From the human T2T-CHM13v2.0 reference genome, Homo sapiens, in the NCBI RefSeq assembly GCF_009914755.1, contig NC_060942.1: 64,000 nucleotides of DNA. One strand, 5' to 3'. The notes beneath the pieces are model-generated. The model made no database searches. It had not been told where the DNA came from and saw only the letters and a program-made list of their open reading frames with translations. Position numbers and translations under genes: made by a program. Numbering within the stretch: position 1 is the first letter of the stretch; each line of letters opens with the position of its first letter. This document shows positions 1 through 14,412 of the stretch, piece by piece.

Positions 1-1887
1 TGCCACTTTGTGGTTCGTGCAGCACAGAGAGGACGTGTCTGTCCAGCGAGTGATTCCAACTCGCCAGGAGTCCGGATGAACAGGCTTCACACTGGGAACA
101 CCTGGCCCCATGAGCACTCTCCGAGCCAGGCTGCTCCCGCAGATGGCAGGGGTCAGAGGAGGAGGAGGACGGCAGCTTGCTCCTGGTCTGCCCGCTGCTT
201 CCTCGCCAGGACCCAAGCAGCCCTGGCTTCATGGGCAGGGAGAGGAGGAAGGTGTATTGCCTGTTTCACCTGGCCCACGTTTCCCACAAGAGGGTAAATG
301 ATGGCTGTCTTCCCAGCCTGGCCCACCAATGAATGTTTAACTCAGAATGCAGGCTTGAAATCTGAATAGGTCAGACCTGTGGAACTGCCAATGGCTTACA
401 GAAGTGGCAATTCCATATGGTTCACACCTAATACAAATATTGATACTACATGGCCTACATGTTCCAAGATCTGAGTCTTTGTGATAAAGTTGTTTGCATG
501 CTCTGAGGACAAACTGCTGGTTGAATGTTCTCAGGTGACAAATGGTGTCTTCTTTGGGCTACTGTTACCCCATCCTTCTGGGGTCCTCAGGTAAGTCCTC
601 CTGCCGTGGAACGGTCTGTTTATATGTGAATGCCCTGCCTTCTTAGGGCTCTGAATCTCAGTTGAAATTGGGGCTATGTCACAAAGCATTAACCGGCTGT
701 GTCTGTATTGTCTGTTTATATTACACACCAAATAGAAATTATTCTTTAAGAACCAAAAAAATGCTTTGAATTACGAATAGTGAATCCTGCAAGCAAAAAT
801 AGGTTCTTGATGGAATCCCAGCATTATGGCATGAAAACGGTTTTATCAGTACAAAGTGGCGCCCAACCCCTTTTGTCCTCCGTAAAGTATTCATTTAGAT
901 TTTCTCTTCACTTGGTGTGTTTGCCACCAAAAGAGATGATGTGAAGGGAGCACAGTTGCAGGGCCTCAGAGCGGGCATGGAGCACTCATCGGCAGCATCT
1001 AAATGCCACGGGCTCTTTTTTCCATTTCTGTTGGAATTTTCCTCGTTCTAGATTCCAGTGGGATTGTTCTGAATTGATGTAATATATTCAGGCCATTGCA
1101 ACCCCTTCCCATTGCTCCATGAATTATGCAGTAGTTCTCGGTATGCGTTCCCAAATCCCCAGGACTACTTCTGATTCCAAGCCCACCCAGTGCGCTGTTG
1201 CGGAATCTTTCCCCGAATGTTCACTCAGGCATCCACACCCAGGAGTGATGCAGGTGACAAGAAATCTCCCTTTCTCACTGCACTGTCATCCCATAAGCCA
1301 CTCGGGCCTCTTTTTCTCTTGACACCATGGCACTAGTTCAGCAGTGCAGAGAGAAGCCGTGAGGAGTTCCGGTGTGAAGAGAAAGAATCTGAAAATGGAA
1401 TGCTCTTCCTCCCTCCCCTAAGTGGAAAATGTGAGGGGAACTTTTTAGAGTAAGTGGCAGTAGCTTGGCTGTTGTGACCGAAACAAACGCAGCCGTATAA
1501 TAGTCTCTGTTTTAGATACCAGTCATGCAATTTCCATATCTCTGTTTGCCAAAGTGCTGTTTGAAATGTTAAATGCTAAAGGGTGACTCGGAAGCATAGA
1601 AACTAGAGGGAGGTCTGTGACTCCTCCATGGAGTTTCCTTCTTCTCTCTGGGCAGATGGCAGAGGGCAGGCCTGTGTGCCTAGTGCCTGGCCACTTCCCC
1701 ACACCTGCCTTGGAGTGAATGTGCTAGATCTGAGAGCCCGCAAGTCTCTCCTGGTGGCTACCCCTGAGCGAGAGGGATGGTCCTCTACCTCCGGGCTTGC
1801 TGACTTTAAACCTTTATTGTTCTCCTGTTTAAAAAACACTTTCCAACCTTCTTGCTTTTCTTTTCTTTCTCTGTCTGTTCTGTCCAG

Positions 1888-1926
1888 AACCAAACTGTCT
1901 TGCTAACTGCCCCCTGGGGACTCTAG
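1888..1926 (+). CDS. MTCL1: MTCL1 penultimate exon, coding part (C-terminus NQTVLLTAPWGL*); exon 1888-1944
   Basis: Long polypyrimidine tract ending TCCAG at 1887; phase-0 translation NQTVLLTAPWGL-TAG matches my recollection of the canonical human MTCL1/SOGA2 C-terminus (...PGPMENQTVLLTAPWGL); donor CT|GTAAGT at 1945. Confidence 0.88.
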   Translation, partial: NQTVLLTAPWGL

Positions 1927-4586
1927 CCCTGCCCGCCTCACGCTGTAAGTGCTTCCTTCCTTGTTTCCCAACTGTCTGGAGAGGTCGTGTTGTGTAACTC
2001 GCAGTTGGCACCTGACGCTCATCACCTGAGGGAGTTCTGCCCGGTGGCGGTACCCTTGCTCACCCCAAGTTCCAGGAGGTTCGCCTAAACCCAGGAACAG
2101 ATTGATAAGGCCAGAGACTCATCTGCTCTGCTAGAGGGTTGACCACTCAATGCAAAGAAGGGTTTTTAGGTTATAGAGATTCTGCTGAGATTTCTCCGCT
2201 TTTGTACATTTGCAGCCAATATGCTTTCAGAGAATTGAGTAGATACTGGCCAGGAGGGGACATCCTAGGCACAGGGGTCTTGCCTGAGGGGGTCTTTGGG
2301 CCCAGCCACCCAGGACTGGTCAACATTTTGGTTATACGTGCACTGGCATGTGCTGAAATGAGGTGTGACCCTAATGTGATAAGGCTTTTGTTTTTCATTT
2401 TTCAACAACCATACCACAAGGAATGAACCCAAATATATCTTGTCCTTCCAAGTGAGCACCGTGGGTGACAGAGTAAATGCTCAATAAATATTTGTTGAAT
2501 GAATAAACAACAAAATCATCCCCACTCCAAATATCTTGAGACCTTCCCTCAGAATTGCTTTCAGAGTCTGAGTCAAAGCACATGAGAAAAGATATACTTT
2601 TTGATCAAGGATATAGTCATCCACCCACCTCATCCACTGGCCTTGACTCGAAGCCAGTAGTATCTGTTGTCAAATACAACAGATGTATCCCCATGAAAAG
2701 ATGACAGGGAACACAGGGAGGGTCAATTCCCAGAAACGTGCTACAGGGGCAGCATCCCAGGACACCATGCCATGCAGCGACCACAGTGGCTTCTCGGGAA
2801 AGCGCAGCATCGTTTGCTTGTACATGCCGGTGTGTTACTAAGGAAAAGGTTGATTCCCTTGAATGCAGACTCACAGTGATTCTTCCTTCACAAGCAGAGG
2901 CTGGCAAAGAGGGGGTACTGAATGGTCTCATAAAAAGCCTGCTCTTCAGCACCAGCCAGGCGGAACGGGATACGGTGGTGTCAGATAAACCTATGACAGC
3001 AGCTTCACCAACACACAACACACACAGAACAGATACACAATACACAACACACACACTACTTTTATAACAAGGGGAGCGCAGACACAAAACACACAGATTT
3101 CCCAAACCGTGTGTCCCAGTCAAGCACTGTGGGCTGCAGTGAGATGAGGACACAGGAGCACCTTGGGTTAGTCTGCATCTTGGTGGCTGGTGGCGCTGGT
3201 GGAGTTTTAACTGGAGAGGTATTTCTGGTTGTCACGGTACTGTTAGCATAATGCTTTGGGAACAGAAGCTTCTCCCTGTGGCCGTATGAAGTTCCAGCCA
3301 CAAAAGCAGCAGGGAGCATGAAGCATAGTCTCCAGGGCCACTGTTCCTTTTCTGCTGACCCCAGAGGGAGGCAGGGAAACCGCTCGCCCCATTGCTCTTC
3401 TGGAAGCCTGTGGCTCCCACGCTGTCCTCGGGCCATGCTGTCTCTGCCGTGTTCCATCTTCTCCCGAGTGACACTGCCCATTCCGTGCAGCCGTCTGTCC
3501 TTCCCCCGCTGCTGCTCCCCTGCACCACTGGCTGGGCTGTCCTCATCCTGGTCTTTTCAGTTGCTTGTCACATCTTTTTAAATCCTCCAACTCACTTCCT
3601 TTCTTTGAGGGTCCTTGTTCTCTGTCATCCTTCCTGTGCCTTCCATTCAGTTCACCTCAAGCTTCCAGTGTCTGAGTGTCATTCCAGCCAGCGGGCTCCA
3701 TGCTGGGCAACTCAGTTTTCTCATGCCACAGCTTTTTACATTTCTGTGTATCAGCAAATTCCAAATTTGGGTGTCCTGGTTTTGTAACATGTAAGGACAA
3801 GGAGCTCAACATTCTTTAAAAACAAAGTAGCTTGAGAATAAGGATTCTAGGTGATTTGCACATGGTTGAGTGTGTCTTGCATCACCTGCTCGCAGAACAT
3901 TAGGATGCCTGAAACACAAAACCACCAGTACATTCTGATTCTACCTTTTTAAAATGCTGCTGCAATTGAACAGTCATTAAAGAAAACCAGACCCAAATTA
4001 AAATTTCTGCCTGCAGCATTTTTGCCATGTTGTGGGAGTTTGTTTAAGCTACTCCCAGTCAATTTCAAATAAACAGTAGCAGAGTTCGTTTAAGACGACT
4101 GCCATTGCTAACACAGCTGAATGAAATCAGAGGTCTCTTTGTGGGCTCCCAGTAGATCCAGGCCCTGTAGGACCAGTTCACTTGTCCACTGTAGCTAAGT
4201 AGATCATACAAAAGGGCCAAATGAACAGATCTACCAGATAGGAATATGATGAAGTGGCCTGTGGAGACCGCTGCCACAGTCACTGTGTCATGCCTTCTGT
4301 ATACCCCAGCCCAATTCTAAAGGAGCTTTGCAAGCTGACTCATCTCACAGTATTGCTGTGTTTAATCATAATTGGTCTCTTCCCATTCATGTCACTGATC
4401 ATTTGTGTTGAATTCTTTATTATTTTAAGTTATTCTGCATGAGCATAGAAAGTAGTTAATATTCACGAGTTGCCTGTGGTGTATACTTCATCTCACTTGA
4501 GTCTGTTGAGAAGTGTGTTTGGGGGAATCATCCACTGGTGACACTGCCGGTCTGAGTAACCCTGTCTCCCTTTCTCGGCTCTGAAG

Positions 4587-4820
4587 GAACTACCTTGTTC
4601 TGCACTAGCTCCATCCCTAGAGCCCTGCTTCTCCAGGCCCGAGAGACCAGCAAACCGTCGCCCTCCGTCCCGTTGGGCCCCACATTCCCCCACTGCCTCA
4701 CAGCCTCAGTCACCCGGAGACCCGACGTCCTTGGAGGAGCATGGTGGCGAGGAGCCGCCCGAGGAGCAGCCACACCGAGATGCAAGCTTGCATGGATTAT
4801 CACAGTATAATTCACTGTAA
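4587..4820 (+). CDS. MTCL1: MTCL1 terminal exon, alternative 77-aa C-terminus ([10 protein letters not shown]...HGLSQYNSL*)
   Basis: Acceptor ...ctccctttctcggctctgaag|G at 4586/4587; open phase-0 frame of 77 codons plus TAA; CpG-retaining, GC-rich coding-like composition against an AT-rich downstream UTR; same phase as the 1888 exon. Confidence 0.78.
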   Translation, partial: ELPCSALAPSLEPCFSRPERPANRRPPSRWAPHSPTASQPQSPGDPTSLEEHGGEEPPEEQPHRDASLHGLSQYNSL

Positions 4821-5082
4821 TTTGCATAACCACACCATCACCATGAACAAAACTCTGCCCAACAGGAGAGATCTAGTTTTCTCAAGGTCAAAGAATGTTT
4901 TTTAAAAACACAAAGCTGCTGAATGTTCAACCTGTGAAACTGAGATGTTTCTAGAATGAAACAGTAAATGTGCCTGTAATAACTTAATTTTTTTCATAGC
5001 TCAGAAAACTATTTTTGTCTCCATCTTTTTTACACACAGTATATTAAACGAAAAGGTAAATAAGGTATAAATAGATTTAAAA

Positions 5083-5088
5083 AATAAA
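5083..5088 (+). terminator. Possible proximal polyadenylation signal AATAAA
   Basis: Canonical hexamer in an A-rich stretch ~260 nt after the stop. Confidence 0.35.
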
Positions 5089-5735
5089 AGTTTTAAAAAA
5101 TGTACATTTTAAGAGATTCTGAACACCCTCGCTGTCAATACCTGACTGCCTCTGTTAAATTTGCACTGTTACATTTTGGTTCAGTTTATTTCCATGTTGA
5201 ATTAGAGTGGATTAAGTTAATTTTATTTTGTCAGTGTTACTGTTTTTTACGAATTTTTTAATGCTTCAGACTGTCTGATTCAGTGAACTTTTTGTAGTGA
5301 AAAAGCCATGAAGCCAGTAGACAAGACAGATATTCTGTATGCTGGAGGGGATACAGGATGATTTTGAAAAGGTACAAAGTCCTCAGTGGGCTTAGAAAAT
5401 TCACTGTATGATCCTTATATTATCCTACTTGGCTTGCACGTCTTCGGGTGCATGTATATACCGCTACTGTGTCCTCGCCATCACCTAAATGTGACTCAGT
5501 CTGTTCCACTGTAATATGTTGTGAATTTCCTTGTACTGTACTTTTATTGTTGGTCTTCTTGCATCGATGATCCAACAGCAACACCATTTTTAAATTATTG
5601 TGAAAAGATTAACTGGCAATGTACAGAGTTTACTCAAAGTTTTCTTAAGGGAAAACACTACAAAAAGTCACAAGGATACCAAATGGAAACACATGATGAT
5701 GCCTCTGGGTCTGTATGAGACCGTGATGAAGTAGA

Positions 5736-5741
5736 AATAAA
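5736..5741 (+). terminator. Distal polyadenylation signal AATAAA
   Basis: Canonical hexamer at the end of the UTR-like block, followed by a GT/T-containing tract (atgtctcggtctctcattt). Confidence 0.7.
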
Positions 5742-6339
5742 GCCCTTCTGAGATGGCAGCATGTCTCGGTCTCTCATTTCACACACCCTCCATCTTTTCC
5801 TAAGGACTCAGATGGAAAGTTTTCCATAGCTAGGGGAATGAGGGAGAGAGGAGATCATGTAAAGAGGCAACAGCTGCTAATATATCTTGCTGGGAATGCA
5901 CTCTTTGGGTACGTGATCATGTTGCAGTTTTACTGTTCCCCGTAAGAGAGTCCTAGGATAGAGAGACAGCTTTATTGTTGAAAAGCCAAAACTGTGGTGT
6001 GGGCAGGGATGTGAGGAAACTGGTTACCTACAAGTCAGAGTGTGCCCGGCCTCTCTGCCCGCTCTGCTTATTAGGAGAGAGGGAGTGGCCAATAACTCTA
6101 GAAGAGGCCTTTCCATCTCTGATCCTGAGATGAGCCCGCCTCTCAGTGTTTGGTGGAGTAGAAAGAAGTGATGCTACTGAAGAGCCCAAAAAGAATGATT
6201 TCAGGCTGAAGCTTCTGGCTTTAGTATTTCATTTAGTGCTTCATTAACCCAACAATTTTCTTCTTATATAGATGAGCTGCTAATGTAATAGGCTATCCTA
6301 GCATTACCACAGCTTCATCCTTAAACTGAAATATTTTCA

Positions 6340-7324
<985 letters not shown>

Positions 7325-7332
7325 TTAAAAAC

Positions 7333-7622
<290 letters not shown>

Positions 7623-9064
7623 AATAAAAACTTCCAATAAATGCAAAATATAAATATTTCACTTTATCACTCTAGATATACCTGCAAACAAACAATCAGC
7701 AGGTCAGTAAATATTCATTGCCTATTCTGTGCAGATTGCAAATGCTGAGAGGTACATTGGTATTCCTTCAATTGGAAGCAACCAGCCACCAACAAGAAGG
7801 GAAGTTGTGGCTGTCACGACTGAGAGCCTCAAACCGTGCCATCAGGACTTTGCTCAGTCTCCTAACTCTGTCTACTCTGTATGGCTTTATACTCAGACAA
7901 GCATCACAAAAATTGGCAACAATGGTCCCTAGCTGCTGCTATTAGTTTAGCAACTCCTAGAGAAAGGGGATCTCTTACCAGGAGCTCCAGTGAAAGCCCA
8001 GGACCGATGATTCTCATTTGGTAGGGATTAAGTCTCATGTCTGGCTCTGAGCCTATCGTGGTGACGGGAAGACCCAGCAAAGGAAAAGCAGGGTACGATT
8101 AGAATAGAGGGCGTCAGAAAGGCAGTAAAGGCGTATACCACTGTGGGACACCCCAAAATTGCAAGGAAAAAGCTCTGAGCACCACAGAACTTGCCAACTG
8201 GTTGGAAGAGATAACATTCCCAGGCACAATAACAATAAAATGAAAAATGGTGTGGTAGAAATTCTAAGTACAGTAGGGCTTGAGTTAGGCTTGGCAGTAC
8301 GGGAAGCATTTCAATGTGCAGGAGGAGAAGCAAGTGGGAGGTGGGAGGAGCAGAGGTGTGAGGGGCAGTAGTAGACACAGGTCGCATTGGGCAGTGATGC
8401 AGAAACCAGGCTGGGAGCAGAACTTTCATCAAAAAAGCCACATCTGGCAGCACCAGTGCCTTGAAAAGCCGTCTGGGAACTTCTTCTCACATCTTATTTT
8501 CTAAAAGTTGGACATGTGTATTCTTAAGTCTAGGGTGGAAGCACTCCAACTGTTAAAGGCCAGGCAAGACAGTAGGATGAAATCATTTTCCACACCACTG
8601 TCCAGATGAATGCCAAGGCTGCTATGTGGGTCACACATGGTGTGAAAGGGGAGCAGCTGCCTGAAGGGAATGGCTTCATGAGCTGCCATGAATGTGCCAG
8701 TTGCTTTTATGCCCTAAAGAAAGCAGCAGAAGATTCCTCAAACATAGCCACAGACCACACGTCAGGCGTGCCCTGCCTCCTGGGTAACAGCCAGCACCAC
8801 CAGCCCAGAGACATTTCTTGTCCAACTGCAGCCAAATTGGGCAATAGTGACCACATTTCACCCTCTCTTCTTATCAGGAGGTAACATGTCAGCGTTTTCA
8901 GTATTATGCATCTATTTTTTATATCTGTGTACATCGTAATTCTATTTCTTAAACACATTTGCTTCAACCTTTTTTCCTGTAGAATGGCCTGTAATTCTTA
9001 TGTAATACATTTGTTTCACCCTTTTTGTTCCTATACAATGAATGTAATGTTTACAAACTCCTTA

Positions 9065-9285
9065 TTTTTTAAATTTAATTTGTTTTTAATTGTATATATT
9101 TAAGGTGTACATGATGTTTTGATATGCATATACAGAGTAAAATGACTACTATAGTCAAGGCAATTAACATATTAACATCTCACATAGCTATGGCAAGAGC
9201 ACCTAAAATTTACTCTTTTAGCAAAAATCCCAAATACAATATTATTAGCTATAGTCCTTATGTTGTACATTAGATCTCTGCACTT
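9065..9285 (-). mobile_element. L1MA-type 3' fragment
   Basis: tgtatatatttaaggtgtacatgatgttttgatat...tgttgtacattagatctct resembles the L1MA 3' end. Confidence 0.7.
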
Positions 9286-9510
9286 TATTAAGCATGATAG
9301 AGTTATGCTTATTTATTTTGTTTAAAAAGCAACTAAGAAGTACAACTACCATTTTCTATTTTCCAGTTCACTGTTTTAAACTGTGGTAAAATACCCATAA
9401 CATTTATCATTCTTGCCATTTCAAAGTGTACAATTCAGTGGCATTTAGTATATTCACAATGTTGTGCAATCACTACCACTATCTACTTACAGAATATTGT
9501 CATCACCTGA

Positions 9511-9973
<463 letters not shown>

Positions 9974-10003
9974 TCAGTTAGCATAAAGTTATCAAGGTTC
10001 ATC

Positions 10004-10659
10004 TGACACAGGATTTTTCTCAGCCACTTTGCCAACCAGGGACCTCCATGGCCAGAGATGCCACCCTGCTGCCCGTGTCTCATTCAACCCCGGGCCTGCC
10101 ACTGGAGGTACCCCACCCACTAAGCCCACCTGTGTTATAGCTTATACCCATGTTTGGCAGTTCCTGAACTCTTGTCCCACATCCAAGAAGAATAAAGATA
10201 CACTGACAATTTGAAGGGTAAGGAGGGCAGAGAATAATTTTATTGAGTGATGGAACAGCTCTCAGCAGAGAGGGGCCATGGGGGTGGTCCTCCACCTCCA
10301 TGGTTAGGTGGTTCCTCTCTCAGTGTGGCTGGGTCTGGGACTTTTATGGGCTCAGAATAGGGAGTGTGTGCTGACTGGTTTGTGAGTATGCAAAAAATAT
10401 CAAAATGAAGACACTGCTCAAAGGTGGGCATGACAGTGTAGAAAACCAATTAGGAAAGGGTAGGTATATGTAAAATAGGTGAAAGGTGGGGATCAATCAA
10501 AGGAAAGCACACCAAATGGGAAGACAGGTTCTCAATCCGGTTCATGGATTTGACTTTTAGCTTGACTTTCAGGCTTTAACTGTCTTTGGCTTGGAGGTGG
10601 GATTTCACCAGGGACCTGCCCCATCTGCCTAGGCATTTGCCTGCCTCCTGCCATTATCA
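10004..10659 (-). mobile_element. Solo ERV1 LTR (MER50/MER52-group)
   Basis: TG...CA termini, 4-bp TSD CATC (10000-10003 / 10660-10663); minus strand starts TGATAATGGCAGGAGGCAGGCAAATGCCTAGGCAGAT; family name from recall. Confidence 0.8.
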
Positions 10660-10794
10660 CATCCATGTTGTAACATGTATCATTCATTCCATAAGGCTGC
10701 ATAATATTCCACTGTGTAGATATATCACATTTTATTTATCCATTCATTGGTAATGGTATGTGTCTATCTGTAAAACAAAACCTTTGATTACCTT

Positions 10795-11050
10795 GTTTTA
10801 TTTATTTTTAGAGACAGTCTCACCCTGTCACACAGGCTGGAGTCCAGTGGCACCATCACAGCTCTCAGGCTCAAGCAACACACCGCCACAACAAACTAAC
10901 TTTAAAGAAAAATGTATTGTGTGGGCAGGGGTGGTAGAGGAGGAAGGTTGTTTCAGCGGGGGGAGGGTGTCTCACTATGTTGCCCAGGCTCCTCTCCTAC
11001 CTTGGCCTCCCAAAGGATTGGGATTACAGGTGTGACCCATTGCACCTGGC
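10795..11050 (-). mobile_element. Degenerate, internally deleted AluJ
   Basis: gagacagtctcaccctgtcacacaggctggagt ... ttggcctcccaaaggattgggattacaggtgtg. Confidence 0.75.
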
Positions 11051-11471
11051 TGGTTACCTTAAACATCTTTAAGCATTCCCCCCAAAGAAGGTAATTCACA
11101 GTGAATCATTAGAACACTCAACAATCAGTTTACATGATTTAGGCACTTTGATGTCTTTAATCTTAAATCTTTCATCTTAGTTGTTTCAAGAGACCACCAA
11201 TAGATATTTTATACTTGTCATGCTCTTCTTTGATTGCATTTAATCCTTTCAGCATCATTCTTTGAATGCAGTGTGTATCAGAATCCAGTATAGCAGGAAA
11301 TTAGGCTCTGAATCATACACAAACTGGTCACTTGAGTGAATTTGATGACCATGGGTCTTTAGTGCACTCTGGTTCACTAAAATCAAGTGGCACTGAGAGT
11401 GACAAATCAGGATTTGAATCCTGGTTCACACACTTAAAGTAATGCAACCTCAGGCCATCTCTTTAATACTT

Positions 11472-11784
11472 ATTTGTTTTTGTTCTGTTTTGTTTTGTTT
11501 GAGATGGAGTTTTGCTCTTGTTGCCTAGGCTGGAGTGCAATGGCGCAATCTCAGTTCACTGCAACCTCCACCTCCGGGTTTAAGCAATGATTCTCCTGCC
11601 TCAGCCTCCCGAGTAGCTGGGATTATAGGCATGCACCATTACGCCCAGCTAATTTTTGTGTTTTTAGTAGAGACAGGGTTTCACCATGTTGGCCAGGCTG
11701 GTCTTGAACTCCTGACCTCAGGTGATCCACCGCCTCGGCCTCCCAAAGTGCTGGGATTACAGGCATGAGCCACCACGCCCAGCC
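11472..11784 (-). mobile_element. AluS SINE inserted in a MIR
   Basis: Full Alu; TSD ACTTATTTG; MIR-like sequence on both sides (ggatttgaatcctggttc; aataatacttcccagggctattgtaaggattaa). Confidence 0.92.
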
Positions 11785-11859
11785 AAGACTTATTTGAAAA
11801 ACAGCAACAATAATACTTCCCAGGGCTATTGTAAGGATTAAGGTTTGTTGTTTACCTAT

Positions 11860-12380
11860 TGTGTGCAAGATACCATTCTAAGAATTGCAAACACCAGAGA
11901 TAAACAGAAAAGACAAGCTCCCTGCCTTGTGAAGCTTAGTTATGAGAAACACATAGCAAACAGGGCTAAGTGGGATAGAGAACTAAGAGGCTTCCCTGGG
12001 TAGGTGCCGTTTGATCTGAGGCCTATGAACAAAAATCTGTCTACCAGGTAGAGGGAAGAGCTGGTGGAAAGTTGAGATGGGTTGGGGGGCATGAACTTGG
12101 TGTGTTCCAGGAAGTGGACGAAGGCCACTGTGGTCACAGCAAGGTGGGCAAGGGCACCAGAGAGGGGCAGGAGGAGGGGTCAGGGAGCTTAAAAGAGGCC
12201 TAGTGGTCCACAGTAAAGGGTTTAGATTTTGTTCTAGGTGAGGGGAAAAAAAAAGCCATTGGAAGATAAAAAGCAAGGAGTTACAAAATGTGATTTGCAT
12301 TTTTAGATTACTGTGTTAAGGATTAGAAGTGGATGAGATTGGAAGGCTTCCAGATGCAAGGCTGTGGTGTTGACCCAGGG
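11860..12380 (-). mobile_element. L2 LINE fragment
   Basis: Purine-rich L2-like motifs (gacaagctccctgccttgtgaagctt; tttagattttgttctaggtga; aagccattggaaga). Confidence 0.6.
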
Positions 12381-14412
12381 AAGCACCAACGATGGCTTGA
12401 ACAGGTTTTCTGCTGCTGTTATCAGCCTCACCACCACCAGGCCAGCCGCATGCTGCTTGGCAGGAACCACGATCTAGCAGGCCCTGCTGCCAAACTCCAG
12501 AATCTACCCCAGCTGTTCAGCTAGAAACTGAAGGAAGCCCTTGGTTATTCTTCTGCTGCCTCTCAGTCCAGGCCAGTCTTCCTGCAAATGGCCTTGGGCC
12601 AAGAAGAACCTTCCAAACCCCATTCTCTTCAGGGCACAGGATTACACAGCAAGCTTCACAGGCCTTTCTACCTTGTCTTTTTAAGGTGCAAACGCCTTCT
12701 CCAACTTTTAGGTTGGGGCTTCCAAACTATTATCAGTCATTTATAATTTGGTAAAAATGAGTTCCTTCTCTTTAAATTTTTTTTCATCAGGGGACAACTG
12801 AGGTCTCTGAGTGTGGGGCTGGGTAGGCACAGCTCTCGATGCTACTGCACAGTCTAATCTGAGAGAATAGAAAAGGAGCACAAAGAAAGCTGACTGCTTC
12901 TTTTTCCTAGGCCCAGTTCTGTCTATTAGATTGAAAGGCCCCAGTTCTGTCTATTAGTTTGAAAAAACCCACTCCACTTCAAAGACAGAGGCTTCTATAA
13001 CTTCCCAGCAAGCTAATGAACTTCAACAGGGGTCCAGGAATCCAAATAAAAGTTCATAATTCTCATGGTAATCCCAGAATGAATTCATCAATCATCAGTG
13101 GCCCCAGATCTACAGGCCAATCCCAGCCCATGTGGTCCCCTATAAATATCATTTTAAATTGGTTAAAATAAAAACAAAGCACTGAGGAAGCGATGATAAA
13201 ATCAGTGCACCTAAAAGTAGCCGTTGGAATGATAAATGCCAAATTTCGGGAGAGTGATGTAAGCAATTATCTATAAAACTGCTTGTATTTCTTGAGTCAT
13301 TTCATTTAAGGGAATTTACCCCAAATAACCCCAATGAAATCAAACTAATTTACAGAATATATTTGTAGCAGTACAATACCGTAAAATTTGGAAACAGGCT
13401 AATCAAATTATGGTCCATCAACAGGTTTCACTACTGTGCTTGTTCACCTAATAAACACTCCTAATGGCCAAGTACTGGGCTAGCCTGGTGAGGAAACAAA
13501 GCTAACCATGACCTACCTGCTCCCCAGGGGCTCCTGACCTAGTTGAGGGAGTTCAATTACCTGGGCTCCAATCCTGCTCCAGTGCTTTCTCACTGAATGG
13601 CCTGTGGAAAGTACCTACTCCTGAGCCTGAGTTGTCTCATATGCGAAATGGAAGTAATAACAGTAATCACTGTTAGGCAGGTTATGAGGACTAAACAAGA
13701 TAATACTGGTTAAGCACTTAGAATAGTACCTGGTACTAAATTTTGTTAAAAGAAGTAATTGTATAAATGGCAAATTATAACACAATATGAAAAGTGCTAT
13801 AATAGTATATGTAAGTATACAGTGAGGACATAAAGGGCTTCATTCTGTCTGGGAGGATGGTCTAGGAAGACCTCACACTGACCTGTTTGGTAAGAGTCCT
13901 TTGTAGAATGCATAAGATTTCTGCAGGTAGAAATGGTGAGGGAACAGAAAGAGTGAGAGAGAAAATTTCAAAATGTACTACCTAGGTTATGCATGTAATA
14001 CTCCTTTCGGATTTTGCAAGATAAATAAATATAAAACCCAAGTGGGGAAAAGGAGCTCAGCCCTCCTGATACCCAGGACCCTGCCATCCATCCTAACATA
14101 GTAATCCCCTAGTAACAGCTAACAGCATGCAGTGCATGCCCTAGCAGAACACCAGTTTACTCCTTTCCAGGCATACCATCTTCTATGGCATTTTGTAGGA
14201 ACAGTCACCTTTCATCCTATTCCCGTGAAAAACTCTCCCTCCTTACACCCCATCAGTTCATGTCAACTTCCTCCAGCGTGTCCTACTGACATGGGCAGCA
14301 ACATCCATACTGTCTTGTGGGTTTGTGGCTGTTTACTTGTGAGATACACTCTAGACAGGTGCCAAAGTTCTCAGGGTAGTGCTAACAAAAAGGAGATATA
14401 TATAAATTTTGT

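Larger units (their letters stand above)
4821..5760 (+). other. MTCL1: MTCL1 3'UTR
   Basis: AT-rich, repeat-free segment after the stop; U-rich tracts, Pumilio motif TGTATATA (5453-5460) and several miRNA seed matches; ends just after AATAAA. Confidence 0.75.

Noticed and set aside
2617-3787. Several 100-178 aa ORFs in the MTCL1 last intron
   Set aside because: Overlapping on both strands, driven by GC and CA-repeat composition; no recognisable domains or splice-bounded frames.
4809-4820. C-terminal ...YNSL as a class I PDZ-binding motif
   Set aside because: Position -2 is Asn rather than Ser/Thr, so it does not fit the class I consensus.
12910-12965. ~28-bp direct duplication (ggcccagttctgtctattag...)
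   Set aside because: Two-copy local slippage duplication with no associated structure.
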